Assembly: GCF_007748075.1 (NCBI RefSeq)
Contig: NZ_CP036280.1
Span: 2,190,001 to 2,222,000, forward strand
DNA length: 32,000 nucleotides
Direction of reading: 5' to 3'
DNA from: Mucisphaera calidilacus
GTDB taxonomy: Bacteria > Planctomycetota > Phycisphaerae > Phycisphaerales > Phycisphaeraceae
Below, piece after piece: positions 9,031-18,023 of the stretch. Numbering within the stretch: the stretch's first letter is position 1; each line of letters opens with the position of its first letter. The notes under the pieces are model-generated. The model did not search any database. It saw nothing but the letters and a program-made list of their open reading frames with translations, and was not told the DNA's origin. The position numbers and the translations under genes are program-made.

Positions 9031-9062
9031 AGGCGAGGCCACCACGGCCTCGCCTTTTTTTT
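9031..9062 (+). terminator. Rho-independent terminator after the secretin gene
   Basis: Stem AGGCGAGGCC (9031-9040) / GGCCTCGCCT (9046-9055), 5-nt loop, then a T8 run (9055-9062). Confidence 0.8.
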
Positions 9063-9070
9063 ATGGTCGG

Positions 9071-10135
9071 CTACTCCGACCCCGCTTCGGACGACCCCAG
9101 CGTCTCCACCATCGCGATCAACCCCAGAATCGCCAGCGTCTGAACCGCCACCAGCAACGCCTGCCAACCCGTCAGAAGCGACAACGTCACGCCCCCAAGC
9201 CCCGTCGCCAGCGTCAGCAACGCGATCAGCGACACCGCCATCGGACGACTCAGACCAATCCGCTCCAGACGATGCGACAGATGATTCCGGTCCGCCGACA
9301 TCGGACTCCGACCCGCACGCAGCCGTAGCACCACCACACTCACAAAGTCATACACCGGAACCGCCAGCACGATCACAGGCGTCAACACGCCGTACCAGAT
9401 CGTCCCCCCCTCGCCCTCACCCACATACGTCAACGCCACCGACACCACACCCAGCACAAACCCCAGCACCAGCGACCCGCCGTCCCCCATGTACATCCGC
9501 GCGGGCGGAGCGTTGTGAACCAGAAAACCCAACGCGGCACCCACCAGGCACGCCGAGACCACCCCCACGTCAACCTGCCCCGTCATCAGCGAGGCAGCCA
9601 GAAACACCGCACCCGCCACACCACTCACACCCGACGCCAACCCATCCATGTTGTCCAGAAAATTCACCGCGTTGCAGATCACCACCAGCCACAACACCGT
9701 CAAACCGCAACTCAGCACATACCCCCCGGGCACCATCGCATCCATCAGCGTCAGCACCCGGACGTCCGCACCCACCACCACAACCGCCGCCACCAGCAAC
9801 TGAACGCCCAGCTTCAGCCACGCCCCCAGCCCCACACGATCATCCACCAGCCCCATCACGTGCAGCACCAGCGCCCCACCAACCACCCACACCAGCCACG
9901 CCGGCAGCCACGCCGCTCCCCCCGCGACCACCACCACGGCCAACGCCGCCAACCACCCCGCCACGATCCCGATCCCCCCCACGTTCGGCACCCGCGCCGA
10001 CGCCGACTTGTGCGCCTCATCCGCCCGATCATTCAACGACCACCGCCGCGCGACCCGCAAAACCACCTCGCCCGCGACACCACTCACCACCAGACCGCTC
10101 GCCAGCGCTATCCCGATCGTCGTCAGAGCATCCAT
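9071..10135 (-). CDS. Glycosyltransferase family 4 polyprenyl-phosphate sugar-1-phosphate transferase (MraY/WecA/TagO family)
   Basis: 354 aa with about 10 TM segments. Signature motifs are NAVNFLDNMDGLASG and VHNAPPARMYMGDGGSLVLGF. It begins 15 nt downstream of the DHS-like gene. Confidence 0.85.
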   Translation of the reverse strand: MDALTTIGIALASGLVVSGVAGEVVLRVARRWSLNDRADEAHKSASARVPNVGGIGIVAGWLAALAVVVVAGGAAWLPAWLVWVVGGALVLHVMGLVDDRVGLGAWLKLGVQLLVAAVVVVGADVRVLTLMDAMVPGGYVLSCGLTVLWLVVICNAVNFLDNMDGLASGVSGVAGAVFLAASLMTGQVDVGVVSACLVGAALGFLVHNAPPARMYMGDGGSLVLGFVLGVVSVALTYVGEGEGGTIWYGVLTPVIVLAVPVYDFVSVVVLRLRAGRSPMSADRNHLSHRLERIGLSRPMAVSLIALLTLATGLGGVTLSLLTGWQALLVAVQTLAILGLIAMVETLGSSEAGSE

Positions 10136-10150
10136 GACGCCAGTGTAAGG

Positions 10151-11272
10151 TCAGTCGCCCAGCACGTAGCCGAAGATCAGCGGCGCCACGATCGTCGCGT
10201 CACTCTGAATCATGTACCGGGGCGTGTCAGGCGAGAGCTTCCCCCACGTGATCTTCTCGTTTGGCACCGCGCCGCTGTAACCGCCGTAACTCGTCACCGC
10301 GTCGCTGATCTGGCAGAAATACCCCCACAACGGCGTGCCCGCACGCCCGAGGTCCTGCGTCAGCATCGGCACCACGCAGATCGGGAAGTCCCCCGCGATA
10401 CCGCCACCAATCTGAAAGAAACCAACACCCGGACCGCCATCCGCGTTCGCCTCATACCAACCCGCCAGGTGTTCCATCTGCTCGGTACCCGTTCGCACCG
10501 CGCCGTGCCCACCCACCTCGCCACGCATCCGCAGCGCCGTGAAGAAATTGCCCGTCGTCGAATCCTCCCACCCCGGCGTGTAGATCGGCAGGTCCAACTC
10601 CGCCGCCGCCGCCAGCCAGCTCTCCGCCGGATCCATCTGATAAGCCTCCGCCAACTCACCGCTCCGAAGCACGTCGTAAAGATACTCATACGGGAACCGC
10701 GACCGCCCCGCCCCATCTGCCGCGATCCAACGCTTCACCAGCGAACGCTCCAGCGTACGCATCGCCCCCTCCGGGATGCACACGTCCGCCACACGGTTCA
10801 TCCCCCGCTCCAGCAGCTCCGCCTCCTGCGCCGGGTTCAGATCTTGATAAGAACCGCACGACTCGTATTCCTTGCCCGACAGCAGAAGAAAAAGATCCTC
10901 CTCCAGGTTCGCGCCCGTGCAGCAGACCGCGTGCACCTTCCCCGCACGGATCATCCGCGCCAGAATCTTCCCCAGTCGCGCCGTGCTCATCGCACCCGCC
11001 AGCGTCACCATCATCCGACCCCCGCCGTCGATGTGCCGTTCGTACGCCCGCGCCGACGCGATCAACTCCCTGCTGTTGAAATGGAAGAAATGCTCCTCCA
11101 TGAACCGACGCAACGCGCCCCGGGGTCCAGACTCACTGACCGCAGAGATCGCCGTCTCCGCCGTCGCCGCGCCGCTGTGCAGGGATGGGGTGTTGATCGT
11201 TAGAGCCTCCTGACGGCTGGATGGGTTGTCGGGATCGGACGAATCCCACAGATTAGCTGTTTCCGCCACCAC
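10151..11272 (-). CDS. Deoxyhypusine synthase-like protein (DHS / homospermidine-synthase family)
   Basis: DHS-family blocks are present: MVTLAGAMSTARLGKILARMIRAGKVHAVCCTGANLEEDLF, NRVADVCIPE, YTPGWEDSTTGN, FQIGGGIAGDFPICVVPML and SDATIVAPLIF. The track start at 11272 is a GTG, so the exact start is uncertain. Confidence 0.85.
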   Translation of the reverse strand: MVAETANLWDSSDPDNPSSRQEALTINTPSLHSGAATAETAISAVSESGPRGALRRFMEEHFFHFNSRELIASARAYERHIDGGGRMMVTLAGAMSTARLGKILARMIRAGKVHAVCCTGANLEEDLFLLLSGKEYESCGSYQDLNPAQEAELLERGMNRVADVCIPEGAMRTLERSLVKRWIAADGAGRSRFPYEYLYDVLRSGELAEAYQMDPAESWLAAAAELDLPIYTPGWEDSTTGNFFTALRMRGEVGGHGAVRTGTEQMEHLAGWYEANADGGPGVGFFQIGGGIAGDFPICVVPMLTQDLGRAGTPLWGYFCQISDAVTSYGGYSGAVPNEKITWGKLSPDTPRYMIQSDATIVAPLIFGYVLGD

Positions 11273-11299
11273 TTCAAGACCTCCGAAACCCCCTGATGC

Positions 11300-11328
11300 T
11301 TGCCGGTTATCCCTCCGATGCCTAAATT
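11300..11328 (+). promoter_or_regulatory. Candidate sigma70-type promoter for the TPR gene
   Basis: TTGCCG (11300-11305), 17-nt spacer, TAAATT (11323-11328). It lies about 50 nt upstream of ATG 11381 in one of the few AT-richer patches. Pattern match only. Confidence 0.3.
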
Positions 11329-11380
11329 AGACGCATTCAGCCACCTTCTGGCTGGCACATCAGTTCAGTAAGGACGACGC

Positions 11381-12886
11381 ATGGGATTCTTTGACCTTGG
11401 CGGGCTCGCTAAGAAGCTCACCGGCGGGGGGGCTGACGCCGACAAGCCCACCGCCGCCGAAAGCCGCGACCCACGCAAGGCCGCTCGCTTCTTCGAACAC
11501 GCAGCCACCGCCACCGACGCCGGCAACTACGACTTCGCCATCGAGCTCTACATCAACGGCCTCCGACACGCCCCCGACAAGATGGAGATGCACGAGAACC
11601 TCCGCGAGGTCGCCCTCAAACGAAAACTCGCCGGCGGAAAACCCGCTGGCTTCGGCGCCATGTTCTCAGGCGGATCCAACAAGCTCGAAAAAATGCTCGC
11701 CGCCGAGAAAACCTGGGCCATGAGCCCCCTCGACGCCAACCTCATGCGCGACTTCATGAAAGCCGCCGTCGCCGCCGACCAGCAGGAAGACGAAGACACC
11801 AACCTCGCCAACGTCGCCTACTGGATAGGCGTCAACGCGATGGAAAACACCAACACCAAGCCCAACAAGAGCCTCTACCTCAGCCTCGTCGACAGCTTCG
11901 CCGCCATCGACGCCTACGACCGCGCCGTCGAGGCCTGCAAACGTGCCATCGCCGTCGCACCCAACGACAGCAAACTCTTCGAGAAACTCAAGAACCTCGA
12001 AGCCGAACGCATGATCACCAGCGGCACCTTCGGCGCCGGCGGCGAGGGCGACTTCCGCGCCAACCTCAAGGACTCCGACGCACAGAACACCCAGCAGGCC
12101 GAACAGTCCCTCCGCATGGAAGAGTCCGAGCTCGAACAGCTCATCGGCCAGCGACGCGCCGAGTACGACGAGAACCCCGAAGACACCGACCGGCTCACCA
12201 AGCTCATCGATACCCTCCTCCGCACCGACGAGGAACAATACGAAAACGAGGCCATCGAACTCCTCACCGAGGCATGGGAAGAACACGGACAATACCGCTA
12301 CAAGCTCCGCGCGGGCGACATCCGCATCAAACAGTTCGTCCGCCAGTCCCGTGCCCTCAAGAAAGCCGCCGAGGACAAGTCCCCCGAAGCCATCGCCGCC
12401 TTCCAGCAGCACCAGAAAGAACGACTCAGCTTCGAACTCGCCGAGTTCCAGGAACGCGTCAAGAACTACCCCACCGACATGGGGCTCCGCTACGAACTCG
12501 GCCGACGCCTCTTCCAGGCCGGCCAGCACGACGAGGCCATCGGAGCCTTCCAGCAGGCCAAGGGCGACGCCAAGCACCGCGCCCAGGCACACCTCTACCT
12601 CGGCCAGTGCTACCTCAAGAAAACCTGGTTCGAAGAGGCCATCGACACCCTCCGCGAGGGCATCGAGGCTCACAAGCTCCAGGACGACCGCCTCGCCATG
12701 GACCTCCGCTACCTCCTCATGGACGCCCTCGTCCACCAGGCCCAGGACAACAAGAACATCGAAGCCTCACGCGAGGCCCAGAAAATCGCCTCCGGCATCC
12801 TCCAGACCGACATCAACTACCGCGACATCCAGCAACGCATGGACACCATCCGAGCCCTCACCAAATCGCTCGAAGCCAACGCGTGA
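11381..12886 (+). CDS. TPR-repeat protein of unknown function
   Basis: 501-aa ORF in the NNC dialect expected for a plus-strand gene here, with AAGGA Shine-Dalgarno. TPR-like helical pairs are visible (AIELYINGLRHAPD, AVEACKRAIAVAPND, YELGRRLFQAGQHDEAIGAFQQA, LYLGQCYLKKTWFEEAIDTLREGI), along with an acidic coiled-coil middle. Confidence 0.75.
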   Translation: MGFFDLGGLAKKLTGGGADADKPTAAESRDPRKAARFFEHAATATDAGNYDFAIELYINGLRHAPDKMEMHENLREVALKRKLAGGKPAGFGAMFSGGSNKLEKMLAAEKTWAMSPLDANLMRDFMKAAVAADQQEDEDTNLANVAYWIGVNAMENTNTKPNKSLYLSLVDSFAAIDAYDRAVEACKRAIAVAPNDSKLFEKLKNLEAERMITSGTFGAGGEGDFRANLKDSDAQNTQQAEQSLRMEESELEQLIGQRRAEYDENPEDTDRLTKLIDTLLRTDEEQYENEAIELLTEAWEEHGQYRYKLRAGDIRIKQFVRQSRALKKAAEDKSPEAIAAFQQHQKERLSFELAEFQERVKNYPTDMGLRYELGRRLFQAGQHDEAIGAFQQAKGDAKHRAQAHLYLGQCYLKKTWFEEAIDTLREGIEAHKLQDDRLAMDLRYLLMDALVHQAQDNKNIEASREAQKIASGILQTDINYRDIQQRMDTIRALTKSLEANA

Positions 12887-12922
12887 TCGACCACGACCCC
12901 ACACCCGCACGATGACGGCACC

Positions 12923-13684
12923 ATGAAACCACGCATCGTCATCATCCCAGCACGCATCGGCTCTACACGCTTCCCACGCAAGGCACTCGCCGACCGCACC
13001 GGCCAGCCCCTCGTCGCCCACGTCGCCCACCAGGCCCGAGCCGCCAGAACCATCGACCGCGTCATCGTCGCCACCGACGACAACGACATCATGACCGCCG
13101 CACGCAACGCGAGCGTCGACGCCGTCATGACCAGCCCCGACCACCCCAACGGCACCTCCCGGCTCGCCGAGGCACTCGAGCAGATCGAAGAAGCCCAGGA
13201 CGCCCCCCTCGATCCCGACGCCGTCATCCTCAACGTCCAGGGCGACGAACCCGAGATCGACCCCGACACCATCGACCGCCTCGCCGACGCCCTCGCCGAC
13301 GAAGACCCCGCCTCCACGCCCATGGCATCCGCCTGCTCGCCATTCCCCGACAACACCGACCCCAACGACCCCGCCACCGTCAAGGTCGTCCTCGACCGCA
13401 ACCACCGCGCCCTCTACTTCTCCCGCGCCCTCATCCCCCACGACCGCACCGGATCTCAGCCCACCATCCTCCTCCACCACGGCATCTACGCCTACCGCCG
13501 ACACTTCCTCCCCACCTACGCCGGCCTCGCACCCACAACCGCCGAGACCGCCGAGTCCCTCGAACAACTCCGCGTCCTCGAGCACGGCTACGCCATCCGC
13601 ATGATCACCGTGCAACATCCCTCCTTCGGCATCGACACCCCTGAACAGTACGACGCCTTCGTCAAACGCCACGCACAAGGCTGA
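12923..13684 (+). CDS. kdsB: 3-deoxy-manno-octulosonate cytidylyltransferase (CMP-Kdo synthetase)
   Basis: IVIIPARIGSTRFPRKAL, VIVATDD, DHPNGTSRLAEA, LNVQGDEPEIDP and HHGIYAYRR match KdsB blocks. Confidence 0.9.
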   Translation: MKPRIVIIPARIGSTRFPRKALADRTGQPLVAHVAHQARAARTIDRVIVATDDNDIMTAARNASVDAVMTSPDHPNGTSRLAEALEQIEEAQDAPLDPDAVILNVQGDEPEIDPDTIDRLADALADEDPASTPMASACSPFPDNTDPNDPATVKVVLDRNHRALYFSRALIPHDRTGSQPTILLHHGIYAYRRHFLPTYAGLAPTTAETAESLEQLRVLEHGYAIRMITVQHPSFGIDTPEQYDAFVKRHAQG

Positions 13685-13695
13685 GGAGCACACCC

Positions 13696-13986
13696 ATGAC
13701 CGCCGCAACATCAGGCGCTGCCGGAGCCGGCGCAGCAGCCGCCGTCATCGCGCAGGCCATCAAGGCCTCCGGCGCCATCGTCCACGTCCAACCCGACGAC
13801 TTCCTCACCCTCCTCGACCTCCCCGACGAGCCCCTCGTCGTCCACGCCACAGGCGGCGTCTTCCGCAAAAACCACCAGTACATCGCCTCCGTCAAGGGAC
13901 TCGCCTTCTACACCAAAGCCGACGTCCCCATCACCCTCCCCGACCACATCCTCCTCGTCGAATCCAAACAGATCTGGATCCCCTGA
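13696..13986 (+). CDS. Small hypothetical protein (96 aa)
   Basis: GAGGAG Shine-Dalgarno about 8 nt upstream. The NNC dialect is clean throughout. It has an Ala/Gly-rich N-terminus followed by a compact domain (GAIVHVQPDDFLTLL...LVVHATGGVF...KGLAFYTKADVPITLP...IWIP). It starts 11 nt after kdsB. No family recognised. Confidence 0.6.
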   Translation: MTAATSGAAGAGAAAAVIAQAIKASGAIVHVQPDDFLTLLDLPDEPLVVHATGGVFRKNHQYIASVKGLAFYTKADVPITLPDHILLVESKQIWIP

Positions 13987-14103
13987 CACCCCGGCTGCAA
14001 ACCCCTCCCCGCTGACGCAACCCGCGAGTCAAGCCCAACGCGCCCCCTCGACCGACCGCACCCTCTACAATCCGCTGACATTACCCCCCCTCGGGACACA
14101 ACC

Positions 14104-15003
14104 ATGAACCCCGAAGCACCGCAGTGGATCCTCCTGGGCGTCCTCCCCCCCGCCATCATCCTCGGCATCATCACCCTCGTCCTCGCGCTCCTCCTCGGAC
14201 TCGCCACACCAAAACGCGCCGCCGCCGCACAGCTCATCGCGCTCACCGCAGCACTCCTCGCCGGCACCCTCACCATCCTCGGCCTCCCCGAGTTCCCGCC
14301 ACGCGTCGAGATGGACTGGCTCATCATCGCCATCATCCCCGCCGCAGCCCTCATCGCCGTAGGCGTCACACTCACGCCCGCCAAACACGCGTGGTGGATC
14401 GCCAGAATCCCCCTCTACGCAGCCATCCCACTGCTCGTCGTCTGGGGATCGCCCTACCTCGACCCCGAGGCACGCACCGGATGGGACACCAGCCAGCGCC
14501 TCCTCTACCTCGGCATCCCCGCCGCCACCCTCGCACTCCTCCGCTTCCTCACCGCCTTCCGCCGCAAACGTGACAAGGCCTGGCAGCGATCCCTCGCCCT
14601 CGGCATCACCGCCATCGCCGCCGCCGTCACCCTCCTCATGTTCGCCGCCCCCGGCGCCGGGCAGACCGCTATGGTCCTCGGCGGCACCCTCGTCGCCACC
14701 GCCGTCGCCCTCTTCATCACGCCCTCCCACCTGATGAACCCACGCGTCGAAGACCTCGCCCTCCCCGTCATCGCTGCGCTGCTCCTCGGCGGGCTCCACT
14801 TCGCCGACGTCAGCCCTCGAATCGCGCTCACCTTCGCCGCCGCGCTCGCCGCATGGTCCCTCCTTGGCCTCGTCCCCATCCTCAACGCCATACCCATCGT
14901 CCGGTCGATCGTCCGCTGGGCCGCGCTCGCCGCACTCCTCGGCTGGCCCGTCGCCGAGGCCGCCATCGCCTTCGCACAGGCCTCCGAAACCTACGACTAT
15001 TAG
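14104..15003 (+). CDS. Hypothetical polytopic membrane protein (about 8 TM)
   Basis: 299-aa ORF of almost continuous hydrophobic helices (ILLGVLPPAIILGIITLVLALLLGL, LIALTAALLAGTLTILGL, ...). Codon dialect is appropriate. No family recognised. Confidence 0.7.
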   Translation: MNPEAPQWILLGVLPPAIILGIITLVLALLLGLATPKRAAAAQLIALTAALLAGTLTILGLPEFPPRVEMDWLIIAIIPAAALIAVGVTLTPAKHAWWIARIPLYAAIPLLVVWGSPYLDPEARTGWDTSQRLLYLGIPAATLALLRFLTAFRRKRDKAWQRSLALGITAIAAAVTLLMFAAPGAGQTAMVLGGTLVATAVALFITPSHLMNPRVEDLALPVIAALLLGGLHFADVSPRIALTFAAALAAWSLLGLVPILNAIPIVRSIVRWAALAALLGWPVAEAAIAFAQASETYDY

Positions 15004-15023
15004 CGATCGCCTAAACTGACCGG

Positions 15024-17300
15024 ATGAACGAGACGGACCTCGAAACCACACCCCTCGACCTCGACCCCCTCCTCGACGGACTCACCGAGCCCCAGCGAGA
15101 GGCCGTCACGCACGTCGACGGCCCCCTCCTCGTCCTCGCAGGACCCGGCTCCGGCAAGACACGCGTCATCACACGACGCATCGCACACCTCGTCCACCGC
15201 GTCGGCATCGCGCCCTGGAACGTCCTCGCCATCACCTTCACCAACAAGGCCGCCGGCGAGATGCGCGAACGCGTCGGACAACTCCTCACCGAACGACAGA
15301 CCCGCGCCGTCACCATCGCCACCTTCCACGCACTCTGCGCACGACTCCTGCGAACCTACGCCGAAAAACTCGAACTCCCCCCCGGCTACTCCATCTACGA
15401 CACCGCCGACCAGAAACGCGCCGTCAAGGAAGCCCTCGCCGACCTCGAAATCAGCACCAAGAACTTCCCGCCCACCTCCATGCTCGCCGCCATCAGCAAC
15501 GCCAAAAACGAACTCATCGACGCCGAAGCCTTCGCCGCCGACGCCCAAGACTTCTACAAAAAAACCGTCGCGAAGGTCTACACACGCTACACCCGCATCC
15601 TTAAACGAAACCACGCTCTCGACTTCGACGACCTGCTCATGCGCACCGTCGATCTGCTCCAGGTCTTCCCCGAGGTCGCCGACGAACTCCGCGAACGCTT
15701 CCAGTACATCCTCGTCGACGAATACCAGGACACCAACGGCGCTCAGTTCCGCATCGCGCAACTCCTCGCCACCGCCCACAAGAACCTCTGCGTCACAGGC
15801 GACCCCGACCAGTCCATCTACGGGTGGCGCGGCGCCAACATCCAGAACATCCTCGACTTCGAGTCACACTTCCCAAACGCCACCACCGTCCGGCTCGAAC
15901 AGAACTACCGCTCCACCGCCGCCATCCTCCGCGTCGCCGACGCCCTCATCCAGAACAACCGCGCCCGCAAACACAAACAGCTCTGGACCGACAACAACGA
16001 CGGCGAACCCGTCACCGTCGCACGATGCCGCGACGAACAGCACGAGGCCTCCTGGGTCATCGAACGCTTCCGCGAGCTCCACGACGAGGGCCTGCCCTGG
16101 GGGCAGATGGCCATCTTCTACCGCATGAACAGCCTCTCACGCGTCCTCGAAGAAGCCCTCCGCGAAGCAGGCATCCCCTACCAGATCGCCCGCGGAACCG
16201 CCTTCTACGACCGCGCCGAGATCAAGAACGCGCTCGGCTACCTCCAGGCACTCGTCAACCCCGCCGACGAGGTCGCACTCCTCCGCATCATCAACACGCC
16301 CACACGCGGCATCTCCGACAAAACCGTCAAACTCACCCAGCAGGCCGCCGCCAGGAACGACCTGCCCTTCATCGACCTCATCCAGCAGCCCGCCAACATC
16401 CCGGGCCTCGGCAGCCGCGCCGTCACTTCCGTCGAGAACTTCATCAAACTCATCCGACGCTGGCGCGCCTGGATCGACCCCGACACCCACGACGCACCCG
16501 ACCAGCCCACCTGCCTCCGCGACCTCGTCGACCAGATCACCCGCGAGTCCGGACTTCACGCCCACTACGCCGACGACAAGTCCGACCCCGACCGCGAACG
16601 ACTCGCCAACCTCGCTGAACTCGTCTCCTTCGCCCAGCAGTTCGAAGACCAGTTCCTCCGCGAGACCGTCGAGGAACTCGAACAGCCCACCCCACACCTC
16701 AGCGAACGACTCCTCGCACTCCTCGAACGCGTCGCGCTCGTCGCCGACGTCGACGGCGTCGCCTCTGACCAAGGCGCCGTCACCATGATGACCCTCCACG
16801 CCGCCAAGGGACTCGAATACCCCGCCGTCGCCATCGTCGGCACCGAGGACGGACTCCTCCCCCACGAACGATCCCAGAACACCGACCGCGAACTCGAGGA
16901 AGAACGGCGACTCGCCTTCGTCGGCATCACCCGCGCCATGAAACGACTCTTCCTCACCCACGCCCGATACCGAACCGCCTACGGCCAGGCACTCGCCACC
17001 ATCCCCAGCCGATTCCTCAACGAACTCCCCCCCGAGGACATCATCGCCGTCGAACCCGAAGCCGCCGCCGTCGACGACTTCCTGACCGCCACCTCCGCAA
17101 CCCGTCAGCGACGCGCCGCCGCCCGCCACGAGCACGAGTTCCCCGAGGGCACCCTCGTCCGACACCCGCGCTTCGGACTCGGACGCGTCCTCGAGATCGC
17201 CGCCACCGGCGCACACACCAAGGCACGCGTCGCCTTCAACACCGCCGGCACACGCACCCTCATCCTCCAGTACGCCCGACTCGAGAAAGTGGAGGACTGA
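15024..17300 (+). CDS. pcrA: ATP-dependent DNA helicase, UvrD/PcrA/Rep family (SF1A)
   Basis: LTEPQREAV, motif I AGPGSGKTRVIT, TFTNKAAGEM, ILVDEYQDTN, VTGDPDQSIYGWRGA, LEQNYRS, MTLHAAKGLEY and RRLAFVGITRA are present. There is a PcrA-type C-terminal Tudor-like tail (HPRFGLGRVLE...). The pcrA versus uvrD assignment is not certain. Confidence 0.9.
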   Translation: MNETDLETTPLDLDPLLDGLTEPQREAVTHVDGPLLVLAGPGSGKTRVITRRIAHLVHRVGIAPWNVLAITFTNKAAGEMRERVGQLLTERQTRAVTIATFHALCARLLRTYAEKLELPPGYSIYDTADQKRAVKEALADLEISTKNFPPTSMLAAISNAKNELIDAEAFAADAQDFYKKTVAKVYTRYTRILKRNHALDFDDLLMRTVDLLQVFPEVADELRERFQYILVDEYQDTNGAQFRIAQLLATAHKNLCVTGDPDQSIYGWRGANIQNILDFESHFPNATTVRLEQNYRSTAAILRVADALIQNNRARKHKQLWTDNNDGEPVTVARCRDEQHEASWVIERFRELHDEGLPWGQMAIFYRMNSLSRVLEEALREAGIPYQIARGTAFYDRAEIKNALGYLQALVNPADEVALLRIINTPTRGISDKTVKLTQQAAARNDLPFIDLIQQPANIPGLGSRAVTSVENFIKLIRRWRAWIDPDTHDAPDQPTCLRDLVDQITRESGLHAHYADDKSDPDRERLANLAELVSFAQQFEDQFLRETVEELEQPTPHLSERLLALLERVALVADVDGVASDQGAVTMMTLHAAKGLEYPAVAIVGTEDGLLPHERSQNTDRELEEERRLAFVGITRAMKRLFLTHARYRTAYGQALATIPSRFLNELPPEDIIAVEPEAAAVDDFLTATSATRQRRAAARHEHEFPEGTLVRHPRFGLGRVLEIAATGAHTKARVAFNTAGTRTLILQYARLEKVED

Positions 17301-17302
17301 CC

Positions 17303-17989
17303 GTGCGCACACGCATCAAGATCTGCGGCGTCACACGCACCGAACACGCCCTCGCCGCCGTCGCCGCCGGCGCCGACGCCATCGGACTCGTCTTCGTCGA
17401 ACGATCCCCGCGACACGTCACGCCCGAGCAGGCCCGCGCCATCACCGACGCACTCCCCGCCTTCGTCGACGCCGTCGGCCTCTTCGCCAACCACGACCCC
17501 GCCCTCATCACCCGGACCGCGCACGACGCCAACCTCCGCACCCTCCAGCTCCATGGCGACGAAACCGTCGCCATCCTTGACCAGCTCCCCCCGCTTCCCG
17601 TCACCCGAGCCCTGCCCTTCACCGACGACGCCCCCACCCGACACGCCGACTGGCTCACCCACCCGCGCACCAAGGCAATCCTCTGGGACAGCCCGCCCGA
17701 CAGCGACGGCAACTTCGGCGGCACCGGACACACCCTCCCCTGGCACGCCCTCCGACAACGACTCGACCTGCCCGACGCCGAACAATGGCCCCCGCCCGTC
17801 GTCGCAGGCGGCCTCACACCCGCCAACGTCGCCGACGCCATCCGCACCCTCCGGCCCTACGCCGTCGACGTCTCCTCAGGCGTCGAGTCCTCCCGTGGCA
17901 ACAAGGACATCGCACGCATCACCGCCTTCTGCAACGCCGTCCGCAACGCCGACCGCAACGCCGACCGCAACGCCGACCGCGATCGCTAA
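17303..17989 (+). CDS. trpF: N-(5'-phosphoribosyl)anthranilate isomerase
   Basis: IKICGVTRTEHALAAVAAGADAIGLVF..SPR.V, LQLHGDE, GGTG and AGGLTP.NV are present. GTG start at 17303 lies just after GGAGG (17291-17295) and 2 nt after the helicase stop. The C-terminus is a repetitive NADR tail. Confidence 0.85.
   Translation: MRTRIKICGVTRTEHALAAVAAGADAIGLVFVERSPRHVTPEQARAITDALPAFVDAVGLFANHDPALITRTAHDANLRTLQLHGDETVAILDQLPPLPVTRALPFTDDAPTRHADWLTHPRTKAILWDSPPDSDGNFGGTGHTLPWHALRQRLDLPDAEQWPPPVVAGGLTPANVADAIRTLRPYAVDVSSGVESSRGNKDIARITAFCNAVRNADRNADRNADRDR
17941..17976. repeat. Perfect 12-bp tandem repeat (CCGCAACGCCGA x3) at the 3' end of trpF
   Basis: Three identical 12-mers sit at 17941, 17953 and 17965. 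Degenerate copies flank them (17929-17940 and 17977-17986). The array encodes RNADRNADRNADRDR. Confidence 0.9.
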
Positions 17990-18023
17990 ACTGGCACGCC
18001 CCAACCCACTCCCAGGACCTCCC

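Noticed and set aside
11351-11366. TGGCACATCAGTTCAG, a sigma54-like -24/-12 element upstream of the TPR gene
   Set aside because: The -24 TGGCAC is good, but the -12 region reads TTCA instead of TTGC.
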